DNA from: Octopus vulgaris
Taxonomy: Eukaryota
Direction: 5' to 3'
NCBI GenBank assembly: GCA_951406725.2
Contig: OX597827.1
Location: 3,596,001-3,660,000 of the forward strand
DNA length: 64,000 nt
In this document: piece by piece, positions 38,675 through 51,800 of the stretch
Layout of the letters: the number at the start of each line of letters is the position of its first letter
How positions within the stretch are numbered: position 1 is the stretch's first letter
Position numbers and translations under genes: made by a program
Notes under the pieces: model-generated
Told to the model about the DNA's origin: nothing
Databases searched by the model: none
The model's input: only the letters and a program-made list of their open reading frames with translations

Positions 38675-39058
38675 TCTATTATATAAAATCCGTTCTGTCT
38701 GTGTGTGGGTCTTCTGAGATCTCGGGCATCCTCCATCTGATTGCGCTCAAATTTGATATGTAGATACTGACGGTATCAGGGTGTGTATAAGTCTTGAAAA
38801 AATTACAAAAATCGATTCCAGGTGTGAGAAGGCGATCAATAAAGCCGTGGGAACGTGTATTTGTACGCGCAAGTACATCAGGGGTTGCAATCGATACTAC
38901 ACATACGCGAGAAAACTGTACATGCAGTTTGCGCAAAAAAAACCTGGCTAGCTTGAAATAATGCCACAAAATGGGACAGTCGGACAAGTTGTTTTGATAA
39001 AATTTGGTTTGAATGTTTGACAACTCAGCACCGTCAAATGTACAGGGGGCATTTTGCT

Positions 39059-39060
<2 letters not shown>
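38675..39060 (+). mobile_element. Helitron-like 5' fragment
   Basis: A|TCtattatataaaa...ctgtctgtgtgt start like 40845 and 22408; no CTAG end found. Confidence 0.55.
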
Positions 39061-39135
<75 letters not shown>

Positions 39136-39944
39136 ATCTTCATGCGTACTGTTGGATGTATAACTGTTACTGGTGATTTTAGAGCTCTATGTAAGAGCAT
39201 TTAATCTGTATTAGTTTAATGTAATAAAGTGTTTCCTTGAAGAACTGTTACGGATTGGCATCCAACTGCACTATAAACACCCGCTTTTTGCAGAAGATGC
39301 AAATAGCCATAATGACAAAATGTGCATAGAGAGCGCAACTGCATAAGCTGCTTATCATTTTTACATACTTTCACACACAGTCACATATATGTATGTATCT
39401 ATGTATGTATGCATGCATGTATGTTTGTATGTATGTATGTGTATATGTATGTTTGTATGTTTGTATCTATGTATGTATGTATGTTTGTATGTAAGTGTGT
39501 GTATGTATGTATGTATGTATGTATGTATACATCAGTGTGTGTGAGGCTGCCTGGCTGTGTGTATATGTATGTCTATGCGTATGTGTGTGCATGTACATTA
39601 TAACTATTGCTTTCTTTTTTTCCCCCTTCCCATTCCAGATCCATAAATCATATCTCAACAGATTCACTTTTAGTTAAATAATATCACGCATGGACAATAA
39701 GATTAAAACCGCTATACTTGAAGACATGCATCTTTACATTCAGATCCTAATTATAATATCCAGCTAATATTCTCAGATTTAGTCATATCTTGAGAGCACA
39801 AACCTCTATAATGAAGTTATTTCTGTAATTAGCAGAGGTATGCATACCTCATGCTATAAACACTTACCTGTAAATACTACCCTGTTAATATTACAAAGCA
39901 CACTTTACACATTTGTAATATATATATATATATATATATATATA

Positions 39945-40320
39945 CCAACCACATGGTTCAGTCCCACTGCGTGGCACCTTGGGCAAGTGTCTTCTACTAT
40001 AGCCTCAGGCCGACCAAAGCCTTGTGAGTGGATTTGGTAGACGGAAACTGAAAGAAGCCTGTCGTATATATGTATATATGTATATGCGCATGTGTGTTTG
40101 TGTGTCTGTGTTTGTCCCCCTAGCATTGCTTGACAACCGATGCTGGTGTGTTTATGTCCCCGTTACTTAGCGGTTCGGCAAAAGAGACCGATAGAATAAG
40201 TACTGGGCTTACAAAAGAATAAGTCCCAGGGTCGAGTTGCTCGATTAAAGGCGGTGCTCCAGCATGGCCGCAGTCAAATGACTGAAACAAGTAAAAGAGT
40301 AAAAGAGTAAAAGAGAGAGA
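39945..40320 (+). mobile_element. 5'-truncated tRNA/CORE-type SINE
   Basis: Near-identical to 27891-28299. Confidence 0.9.
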
Positions 40321-40844
40321 GTATATATAATTTTCATATTAAACCAAATTTCCTACAACACACCAAGTGATCACAACTTGTGTAATTATTAATAATCTGT
40401 TGCTATTAGAAATCAGTCTTTAGTATTTTCCTCTACCTTACTAATAAACTTCTGATATTAAACCAATTTCTCAAACACATACCTTCTGATTATAATTTGG
40501 CAACATTAATAACACACACATATTAATCTTGTCTCTAAATTCTTCCTCCCACCCTATCACCATTTCTCTACAGCTTTCATACAACACTTCTTACCACAAC
40601 ATTAATCACAAATCCAGAGAGATATATATTATCTGACAGTTTTCTTAGAGAAGACTTCTAAGAATAATATAAATACCACCAATTTATCACCTACAACTAT
40701 GCTTAAATAATTCTTATTTTATTCTTGGTTTTATTTTTATTCTAATTTATATAATAATGTAGTTATTATTCCTACCCTCAGTCTATCCTCTTTTATTTTC
40801 CTCTTACTACTTCGTTAAGCCCTTTCAGATCAACCAGCTAAACA

Positions 40845-41212
40845 TCTATATATAAACGGCAGTTTGTCTGTGTGTGTTTCTGTGTGTCTGTCAGGTTGTA
40901 CCCTCACCCTGACCACGGCTTTCAACCGATTCTGATGAAACTTGACACACACATAGCCCAATGTCATAATTCAAAACTAACGCAGCGAAAATTTTGAAAA
41001 GTTCCCCCAGTTCTGAAAAAAATCGATAAATTCGACATGGGGTCGAGAATCAGAAACACAAACCACAGACTGTGTAGGGGACGCAACTCGACCTTTTTAA
41101 CTAAAAAAAAAATTTACCATAATTTTTTTCCCATTTTTTGGCTATAACTCTCTAAAAATGCTTTATAGTTATTTCCCTTACAAACCCGAGCAACGCCGGG
41201 CGATACTGCTAG
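40845..41212 (+). mobile_element. Non-autonomous Helitron
   Basis: A|TC...hairpin cccgagcaacgccggg...CTAG|T; empty site visible in the left arm near 36270. Confidence 0.9.
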
Positions 41213-41716
41213 TCTGATAATATATTGTTTCTTTTTTCTGTATTATATTCTCTTGTCTTATGGTGTGCTACTAGATAATGTACATATTGTCCAATTTTCT
41301 TGTGTTTTCTATAAACATAATTTAAATTATTATTCACAGAATTTACCAATGTACATTTAACAGCAGACACAAACACAAGCTATTAAGCAAGATCTTACTA
41401 TGAAATATAAATGATCAAAGTATGTTTAATTTACACAGTTCAGATTACACGAGACATTCATCTTTTCTCATGAATTGCTTCAACTCTATTTTAAATACAT
41501 TTGTTTAAAGCATAAACATATCTGAAGTCTCTTTTGAAATACCTTACTAACATTTACACATTTCTGTGACCAGAAATGGAAAATTCTCACCTACATCTGA
41601 TTTTGACCGTTCTACTCTTCTCTTAAAACAAAACTTTTCTTTCTGTATACTAAAATTGTTTTCATTGCATTAGAGTCATGTGCCTTTCTTACATCAGCAT
41701 CATCATCATTGTCATC

Positions 41717-41748
<32 letters not shown>

Positions 41749-42050
41749 TTAATGTCCATTTTCCATGCTGGCATGGGTTGGACAGTTTGATGGGTGTGGG
41801 TGAACCAGAGGACTGCAGCACACACCAATATGGCATGATTTCTATAATTCGATGCCCTTCCTGATGCCAACCACTTGATAGGGTGTACTGGGTACTTTTT
41901 ACATGGTGTAGGCACCAGTGAGATTACCAAGTATCTTGCAAGACAAATTTCAACTCAGCAAGGAATATATTGAGGGGTTACCTTTGTAACACATGATAAG
42001 ATTCTAAATTATGAAAGACAGAGGCAAACAGATTTGTTTCTGTAGGAGAG

Positions 42051-42190
42051 ATACATGGTTATCTCAGGAGCTACATGGTTATCTCAGGAGCTACATGGTT
42101 ATCTCAGGAGCTACATGGTTATCCCAGGAGCTACATGGTTATCTCAGGAGCTACATAGTTATCTCAGGAGCTACATAGTTATCTCAGGAG
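42051..42190. repeat. Minisatellite, 7 x 20 bp CTACATGGTTATCTCAGGAG
   Basis: Direct reading. Confidence 0.95.
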
Positions 42191-42227
42191 ATATGTGATT
42201 ATACAACCATTGCACGAAGCTTAACTG

Positions 42228-42519
42228 TTACTGGTGCTGTGATCGAATGTGACTTTTTAGTCCAGCTAAAGATCTACAATGTCTTGTACAGAATTAGCAG
42301 CTAAAACCTTTACCGGTAATAGCCGGCTGTAGTTGTAAGTAGGCTTCATGTACCTTTGCATGTCGTTTAAGTCCTCCTGCCAAATTACACTCTCTTCCAC
42401 ATGCCCGACAGATATGATTGGTATGGTGTGTTACACCACCACCAGTGGCCAGGTTGTCACTCATCTGTCTCGCTTTATGACTACGAAGTTGACTCGTGAG
42501 TCCAGCTTTACTGAGGCAT
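42228..42519 (-). mobile_element. RTE-like ORF C-terminus with three C2H2-type repeats
   Basis: [14 protein letters not shown]; [21 protein letters not shown]; C*FCTRHCRSLAGLKSHIRSQH. Confidence 0.6.
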
Positions 42520-42608
42520 ATATATATATATGCATACATACATGCATATATATATATGCATACATACATACATATATATATATATATTCATATATACACA
42601 CACACATT

Positions 42609-42674
<66 letters not shown>

Positions 42675-43169
42675 AATATATATAGTTTATTATTCTTAAA
42701 CAAGAATGTTGTTGACAGTGACTTCAGAGTTCTGGTCAGCTGTGATGCATCAGAGCTGGTCTTGCCTTTGTATAGTCTCTTTTGAGTTAAACTCTTCTTT
42801 GAGCATGTGGGTTTGAGTGGGGGTGATAATTAGGTTTTGATGATTGATTGTAATGAGAGGTCTTTTGGAGAAATTTTAATTGATTAAATTTGAGGAAAAT
42901 GGTTAAGCAATAGTTATTCTAGATAAGATATGAAAATGAGAGAGAAATGGAGGAATGAAAATACATGTGAGATATGCAGGGATATTGCATCTGTAGATCC
43001 ATTATTTAGGCAGAATGGTATACATATAAGATTCCAGTAGCTAGTGAGTAAATTCCAATAGTATTAAAAATTGGTCATTCCAAGTAGTTTTATCTTATTC
43101 GGAAAATTTATATATATATATATATATATTTCCACGTGTATTTTATATTTTCTTTTTGTAACATATTTC

Positions 43170-43205
<36 letters not shown>

Positions 43206-43587
43206 AGAGAGAGAGAGAGAGAGAGAGAGAGGCAGATGAGGAAACAACAAAGAAGCTGTTTTACTTTGACATTCAGGAAAAATGGAAGAGTCTTTGATGT
43301 TTCATGCCTATGCTCTTCTACAGAAAGGGATGAAGAGAGAAAACAGATGGAGAGAGATAAAAAAACGAGAGAGAAAATAAAATATATGTGGATTAATGGT
43401 TACACTGGTCCTAACTGACTGAGCTTCCTCCTCTCTTGAACCCTCATCTCTTTTCTTACCTTCTTCTTTGACTTTTGTCACTTCGCCTGAACTACTTTGC
43501 CTCTACTCACCAGGATTACCATTGGAACTTTACACTTCTTGGACTCTACTATTTGGATTTTACTGTACATTGTTGTTGGTTGGTTTG

Positions 43588-43631
<44 letters not shown>

Positions 43632-43897
43632 ACATTTTTGTATTTATATTCGTGTAACATCATCTGTTTTCCTGTCCTTGTTTTCGTATACATTCAATGC
43701 TTTCTTCCAAGGAATCTAATGCTCTTAGCTTAGTTTTTCCTTGGGGCTGGCCACATTGGAGCAATCTCAAGATTAATCAGCCGAAATTGCGAGGATGATC
43801 TGGTTCTTCACTGAGGATAAAAGGCTTTGTATGACCCATCCTTGTTTTTTCGTATCGGCTATCTGGATGTTTTGTGTTCTTGTCCCATTTTGTATTT

Positions 43898-43963
<66 letters not shown>

Positions 43964-44131
43964 CAAATATGTTCAAATATATACAAACACACACATATAT
44001 ATAGACACACATACACATATATATATATATATACACACATATATACATATATACACATATATACATGTATGAAATATGAGTATATACACACACACATACA
44101 CTAGCATGCATACTCGCATGAACGCATGCAT

Positions 44132-44180
<49 letters not shown>

Positions 44181-44864
44181 AACACACACACACACACATA
44201 TACTTCTATATTGAGGAAGGTGTTTTATTTATGTTATGATAAACATGACATACACTGCCTACACACACACACACACACACACAGCTCTCTTTACACTTCT
44301 AAAGAGAATCACTTATTAGTTCTTTCAAGTTTTCCAGTAAAAAAAAAAAAGAAAGAAAGAATAAAAATTCTCAGCTAGAAATAAGAGGTGTAATCTTTTA
44401 GAACAACAATCTGAAAAGTAACCATTTGTAACAGCAGCAAACAACAGCATAGAATATAATATCAATGACTGGAGAATTGTTGTAAGTGAGGAATAAACTG
44501 TTTGAGAACTCTCATGTGAAAATATGAGAGCAGGAATCCAAAATGACTACAAATTTCTTGTGTTGATGAAACACAGCAATTCCCATGATGGTCTCAATGT
44601 CTATTTCTTCCCAGTGGAATTATTTGGCAGTATTTCATATGGTGGCTAACATAATTTTTTTTTTCATTTATTTGTTTCTTTTTTAATGTCTTCTGTTATT
44701 TAGGTATGATAAAAATTTTCTTAAAGAATGTCTCACTTCAAATCTAAAATGCCACATTCAATGAAACACAAATGAAGTGAAATTTAAGCCATTGGTTTAT
44801 GATATGTGAAGAATCACCAAAGTTCCTTGTGTCGTCTGAACAGATTCATAGACATTTGCTTACA

Positions 44865-45251
44865 TCACCATCATCATCATCATCATAATCATTTTAGCAT
44901 TCACTTTTCCATGCCTTTATGGTATGGATGGAATTTATTGAGGCAGATTTTCTACAGCTAGATGGCCTTCCTGTCACTAACCTTCACCCTGTGTGTCCAA
45001 GCAAGGTGATATTACCCAGTGGCTAGACATGCTTACTCAGAATATTGGAAATGAATGATAGTTTGTGTGGCAGTGATGCTCATTTACAACTTTTTCCCCA
45101 TGTCAAGGCAAGGAGACACAAATTTACACACACTCACAGACTCACACACGCACACACACACACACACACACACTCACAGACTCACACATGCACACACACA
45201 CACACACACTCACAGACTCACACATGCACACACACACACACACACACACAT

Positions 45252-45301
<50 letters not shown>

Positions 45302-45510
45302 GCACACACACACTCACAGACTTTCTCACACATACACACACACATGACAGGCTTCTTTCAGTTTCCACCAAGCAAATCCACTCACAAGGCTTTGGTTGGT
45401 TGATCCAGGGTTATAATAGAACTCACTTGGCCAGGGTGCCACACAGTGGAACTGAACCCCAAACTATTTGTTTTAGAAGTAAGCTTCTTAATCACTCAAC
45501 CACTCTTGCA
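44865..45510 (-). mobile_element. SINE with tRNA/CORE head, expanded (CA)n and RTE-like tail
   Basis: Head blocks as in 27891 copy, but a different 3' half ending in (GAT)n. Confidence 0.75.
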
Positions 45511-46669
45511 CTTACATATCAATTCAAATTCCAAAAACTAGCCAGAATTAAATAATCAAAATCAAAGTTACTATGTCTAATAGAAGGAGTTCTACAGAAT
45601 TATGCACTGTTAGTTCTGTTCTCTTCAATGACTGAATTTGTCATGTTATAATTTATATGGCTTGGCTCAGTTTTAATCCCTATGCTTTTTTGTCTCTTTT
45701 AATCCATTCATCAGTTGGGTAAGGTTAGTAACCATGACCTCTTCTAGTGTTTGCAACACTGGAGAAAGACAGGTATCTTCAGACCAGAGGTCTTCATTAA
45801 AGGTAACCGTATGATGATGATGTTGTCACACTGGGAAATGACTTAAGTTTGCACCCAAATGATCAGTAAGATTCATAACATGTTTTCTTTTTTTATCTTT
45901 GACTAATATATGGTTCTAAAAATAGGTCTGTTAATGATCATGAACAACATTAAGGCCTGATAAAAGGGAATGATTTCTGATTTAAAAATTTGATGTCTTC
46001 TCTTAACGAACCTGATGGATTTATGGTTGTAAGCACTTTTTTGGTGGTGTAGCACATCATAGACTTAAAACGATCTGCTTGTGATTATTAACAACTTTAC
46101 ACAAATCAATGATTGATTGCAACTTCAAACTAGCTGTCACATAATCAGAAATGATAGACATTTTCCCAATAAACACGTTGGCATTATTATTGATACTGAA
46201 TATCTTTATGACACAATCTTACTGATCTCTCCCATGAATAAAAAATATATATTTGTTATTTATGTGAATAAAAATTGGTGTTAAATTATACAGACATCTA
46301 GCATGTCACCCAACATTTCAAACTAATGACTTCTCACTTATATAAATCTTTGCCAAGCATTTGAAACTCTGCTGTGGATAAGATGGGTTTAATCATGAAA
46401 ATTTGTACTATCACTTCTAAAACTGGATGTCACTGCACAAGTGCTCTTGTGCCAAACTCCTGTCAGAATTTTACTGTGAACTGTGCTAAAAGTATTTTCA
46501 GTAGTAAGCATAGGAGTGGCTGTGCGGTAAGTAACTTGCTTATGAACCACATAGTTCTGGGTTCAGTTCCACTGCGCGGCAACATGGGCAAATGTCTTCT
46601 GTTATAGCCTTGGGCTAACCAAAGCTTTGTGAGTGGATTTGGTAGATGGAAACTGAAAGAAGCCCATTG

Positions 46670-48208
46670 TACAGTGAAGAATTCCGAGTAGGTGTAGGGG
46701 TCTACCAAGGATCAGTTCTCAGTCCTCAGCCACCTCTTATTCATTATAGTCCTCCAGGCAATAGCAGAGGAATTCAAGACAGGATGCCCCTGGGAGCTTC
46801 TCTATGCTGATGACCTTGCTTTAATTGCTGAGTCCCTATCAGAACTAGAGAAGGTTCAGGTTCAGGAAGCAAGGATTAGAATTGAAGGGCCTTAGAGTCA
46901 AACTAGCAAAAACCAAAGTCTTAATAAGTAGGAAAGCAGACAAACCACAAATCCCTTCAGGTAGATGGCCCTGCTCGATCTGTAGGAAAGGCGTAGGTAG
47001 AAACTCTATAAGATGTATCCATTGTAAGCTTTGGACACATAAGAGGTGCAGCAATATCAAAGGAAGGCTAACTGCAAAGATAGTTTTCGTGTGTGGCCCA
47101 GGAAAATAAACACTGAAAATGTGCAGAGAACATTTTCCATCACATTCCAAGGGGAAAACTACAAGTAGTTGATAGTTTCCCTTACCTAGGGGACCAAGTC
47201 AGTAGCGGGGGTAAATGGTGTGAAAGTGTTGCTGCTAGAATAAGAATAGCCTGGGCAAAGTTCAGAGAGCACCTACCTCTGCTGGTGAAAAAGGGCCTCT
47301 TGCTCAGAGTAAAAGGTAGACTGAATGACGCATGTGTGCAAGCAGCCATGCTACAGGCGGAGGACATGCATAAGCTTGCAAGGAATGAAGCCAGAATGCT
47401 CCGCCATGTGTAATATCAGTGTGCATACACAACAGAGTGTAAGTGCCCCGAGAGAAAAGTTGGACTTAAGAAGCATCAGATGTGGTGTGCAAGAGAGGCG
47501 ACTGCACTGGTATGGTCATGTGTTGTGAATGGATGAGGACAGCTGTGTAAAAAAGCATCACACCCTAGCAGTTGAGAGAACGTGTAGAAGAGATATACCC
47601 AGGGAGACCTGGGATGAGGTGGTGAAGCACAACCTTCGAACATTGGGTCTCACTAAGGCAATGACAAGTGACCGAGACCTTTGGAGATATGCTGTACTTG
47701 AGAAGACCCAGAAAGCCAAGTGAGACTGTAACTGTGGCCTATGCCAGTGCCATATAACCAGCCCATTTAAGAATACCTTTCAATCATAGGACAATAATCT
47801 ACACTTGCAAAGTCCTGTTGAGGCAAGTGAAGTCATTGTTGTGGTTGATGACAGTACCACCTGATTGGCACCCATACCAGTGGAATGTTAAAAGCACCAT
47901 TCGAGCATGATTGTTGCCAGGGCCACTGACTGGCTCCCATGCTGGTGGCATGTAAAAAGCACTATTTGTGTATGGTCGATGCCAGTACTGCCTGACTGAC
48001 CCCCATGCCAGTGGCATGTAAAAGCACCCTCTACACTCTCAGAGTAGTTGGCATTAGGAAGGGCATCAAGCTGTAGAAACTTTGCCAGCTCAGATTGGAA
48101 TCTGATGCAGCCTTCTGGTTTGCCAGCCCTCAGTCAAACCGTCCAACCCATGCCAGCATGGAAAGCAGACGTTAAACGCTGATGATGTTGATGATGATGA
48201 TGATGATG
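46670..48208 (+). mobile_element. 5'-truncated RTE LINE (RT to tail), frameshifted
   Basis: QGSVLSP, ELLYADDL, GLRVKLAKTKVL, WPCSICRKGVGRNSIRC..CKLWTHKRC, RRLHWYGHV, (GAT)n tail. Confidence 0.95.
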
Positions 48209-48370
48209 TATGTATGTATGTATGTATCTGTACATATATATATGTATATATAGATGTGTGTGTGTATAGATATACACATGTAGGTATGTATGTGTATATG
48301 TATGTGTGTGTATACAATATGTATATATATATATATATGCATGTATATATATATATAGTATATATATATG

Positions 48371-48480
<110 letters not shown>

Positions 48481-48659
48481 TTATATGTAGGAAATTAGCT
48501 GATTCAGCTGCTCATCCATCTCTTTACTGCCAAGTAGAGTTTAACAAGCTGAATGTTCTCTGATAAAGATCTTGACTGGTCTGTTGTTAACTGCAACAGC
48601 AATCAGTCAAATAGTTTGGTTGTGATATTGATAATGACAATGGCTAGGATGATAATATT

Positions 48660-48737
48660 GATGAAGATGATGATGATGATGACAACGATGATACTACTAC
48701 TACTACTACTACAACTACTACTACTACTACTACTACA

Positions 48738-48811
<74 letters not shown>

Positions 48812-48870
48812 TGATGATGATGATGGTAGTAATAATAATATCAGTAGTAATAATAATAATGATAATTATA
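48660..48870. repeat. Compound (GAT)/(CTA)/(AAT)n microsatellite
   Basis: Direct reading. Confidence 0.95.
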
Positions 48871-49090
48871 ATTGTCTACTATAATAATACTCTTGTATTT
48901 TTCCCTGTCACAATATATGAATGAGAAAGGAAGGGGTGATAGATGAATATCAAAGGAAGGGGTGGTGAACAAACTAGTGGGATGGTGAACATTCAACGAT
49001 GGTGAACATTCACACAAGTGTGTGTAAGTATGTGTGTGTGTATGTGTATGCATGTACAAGGGAAGTATGTGAATGTCTGTGAACATTGAT

Positions 49091-49180
49091 GAGTATATGG
49101 TGTAGTGGTTAAGAGCACGGACTACTAACCCCAAGATTCCGAGTTTGATTCCAGGCAATGACCAGAACATCAATAATAAC

Positions 49181-49223
<43 letters not shown>

Positions 49224-49400
49224 TCAAAAATTACTTTAGGAATGAGAACCCACATTCGAAATTTCCCCAAGAGACCTGATGATGGCTGGAGGGTATATCA
49301 GTCAAAACTTTTTGTTAGCAACAAACAAGATGAGGACAAATATATGTAAATAATGTAAGTAATGTACATAATTCCTCATCTCTTAAATATAGAACTGTAT
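49091..49400 (+). mobile_element. tRNA-headed SINE with decayed hammerhead-like 3' part
   Basis: A box tggtgtagtgg, B box gagtttgattcc, (AAT)n, then CTGATGA-t-ggctg..cagtc-AAAAC at 49276-49308. Confidence 0.6.
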
Positions 49401-49755
49401 TGACAAGTGTATTATTTTGATTTACCATCCATATTTATATATGAAATACTACAATTAGCTGTCATTTTTAACGGCACTGAGCCAACTGGTTATGCATAAT
49501 GCTGATAATTGTTATGAAGATGATGTTGACATTAATGATGATGATGATGCATATTATCATTATATATGATACTAAAGATAGTGATGAAGAGAAAGAAGCT
49601 AAGGGTGGCATTAATGTTGAGGAAATGGTTGGGGATGATGGTGATAGCCATAATGATGAACATGGCAGCATTTTGAATAAAATTTATCACCAACCAATCT
49701 TAACTTATCGGTTATATGTGTGAGTGTGTACTTTGCTATAAATATATATATATAC

Positions 49756-49805
<50 letters not shown>

Positions 49806-49899
49806 CACATATATAAATGAATATGTGGATATCTATATGTATATATAAATGTATATGCATATATATATACATATACATATATATATTTATATATAATTT

Positions 49900-50275
<376 letters not shown>

Positions 50276-50389
50276 GTATACATATATATATACACATATA
50301 AATACACGCACACATACATATATGTATGTATGCATGTATGTGTATGTAAGTATGTATGTATGTATGTATGTATGTATATGTATGTACTT

Positions 50390-50670
50390 ACATGTTCAGA
50401 TTAGACGAAGGAAATAGAGACGGATCAGACACACACTGTGGAAAGAAACCTCAAATGTGGCATGACAAGCATTTAACTGGAACTCGTAGGGGAAAAGGAA
50501 GCAAGGACACCCAAAGCAGACATGGAAGAGGAGCATTTTGGACGAGCTCAGGACCACTGGCCTAACATGGGAAGCAACCAAGAAACACACTAATGACCGC
50601 AAAAAGTGGAAAACAACTGTTGAGGCCCTATGCTCCACAAGGGGCAAAAAGGTTTAAGAAGAAGAAGGAG
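50390..50670 (+). mobile_element. 3' end of a second RTE family with (AAG)n tail
   Basis: IRRRK*RRIRHTL; DRKKWKTTVEALCSTRG. Confidence 0.75.
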
Positions 50671-50671
50671 A

Positions 50672-50705
<34 letters not shown>

Positions 50706-50724
50706 TTGGTAGTCTCTAAGGAAG

Positions 50725-51470
50725 CTAGGATTGGAGGAGTGGTTTGTTAGAGCAGTTCAAGCCAAGTACAGCAATGCTATTAGTAAGGTGAGAGTTAACC
50801 TTGAATACAGGCATACAAGTTGGAGTACACCAAGGATCAGTTCTTATTCCACTCTTATTCATCATAGTTCTCCAGGCCATAACATATGAATTCAAAAGTG
50901 GATACCCATGGGAACTACTGTATGCTGATGATCTTGCTCTTATTGCAGACTCTGAAGTAGAAGTGGAAAAAAAGTTCCAGGTTTGGAAGCAAAACCTGGA
51001 ATCAAAGGGCCTTAAAGTTAACTTAGCTAAACCTAAAATTGATGTTAACACAAAAGAAGATAAGACCCTCATTCCGGCTGGTAAATGGCCCTGTTCAGTA
51101 TGTAGGAAAGGTGTGGGATGTAACTCCATTTGCTGCACCAAGTGTATGCTATGGAAGCAGAAAAGATGCAGTGGAGTTGTAGGAAGGTTATCAGATAAGG
51201 TCACTTTTGTGTGTGGCTGATGTGCAGGAACAGTAAGTACTAAGAGCATGTGGGACTTAAACTCTCACAAATGCCCAGGAGGCTTTCTTGAGGTAGTATA
51301 TATTTTCTGCTATTTAGGTGACCAAATTGATGGATGCTATTTAGGGGACTGGTGGTGGATGCTATTTAGGTGACTGGAGATGGATGCTCTGAAAGCAGTG
51401 TTTCTAGAATAAGTATAGAGTGAAGGAAGTTCAGAGAACTATTACCTCTGCTGGCAGTGAAAAACCTTAA
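50725..51470 (+). mobile_element. RTE reverse transcriptase fragment
   Basis: GVHQGSVLIPLLFIIV, ELLYADDLALIA, GLKVNLAK; 24-bp triplication at 51308-51388. Confidence 0.92.
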
Positions 51471-51650
51471 ATCGAAGAGCAGATTCCTCGATTTTTATAT
51501 TTTATGATTTATATTGAATACATTTATTTTGTTTATTTTGTTTATTGCATGCTTAAGGCCATTATTTGAAAGGACCAATGAAACAAATCCATTTTTAAAG
51601 GTGTATCCTTTCACTAGTTTTGAACATATTGCTATTTCTGTTCTATTTTA

Positions 51651-51800
51651 ACAAAACTGTCCGACGAACGGGAATGTGAAACTCTGAGTAACAGGTTTTG
51701 TTACATTTCCGTTGCTTTTAAATAAAATATATTACTCTACCTCTGGTATTTCAGTACTCTTTTTTCCACCTTGTTTCACATTTATGTGCTTACTTCGGTA
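51651..51800 (+). mobile_element. Single-arm copy of the 9880 HHR family
   Basis: ctgt-CCGACGA-acg(ggaa)tgt-GAAA-CTCTGAGTA-acag (51657-51694) plus tail ending at (TA)n. Confidence 0.8.

Larger units (their letters stand above)
36035..41440. repeat. Long inverted duplication: 36035-37170 versus 39600-41440
   Basis: Many exact reverse-complement blocks, e.g. ttagaagtcttctctaagaaaactgtcagataatatatatctctctggatttgtgattaatg; right arm carries SINE and Helitron insertions. Confidence 0.9.

Noticed and set aside
42051-42190. CRISPR-like array
   Set aside because: Head-to-tail 20-mers with no spacers, in eukaryotic DNA
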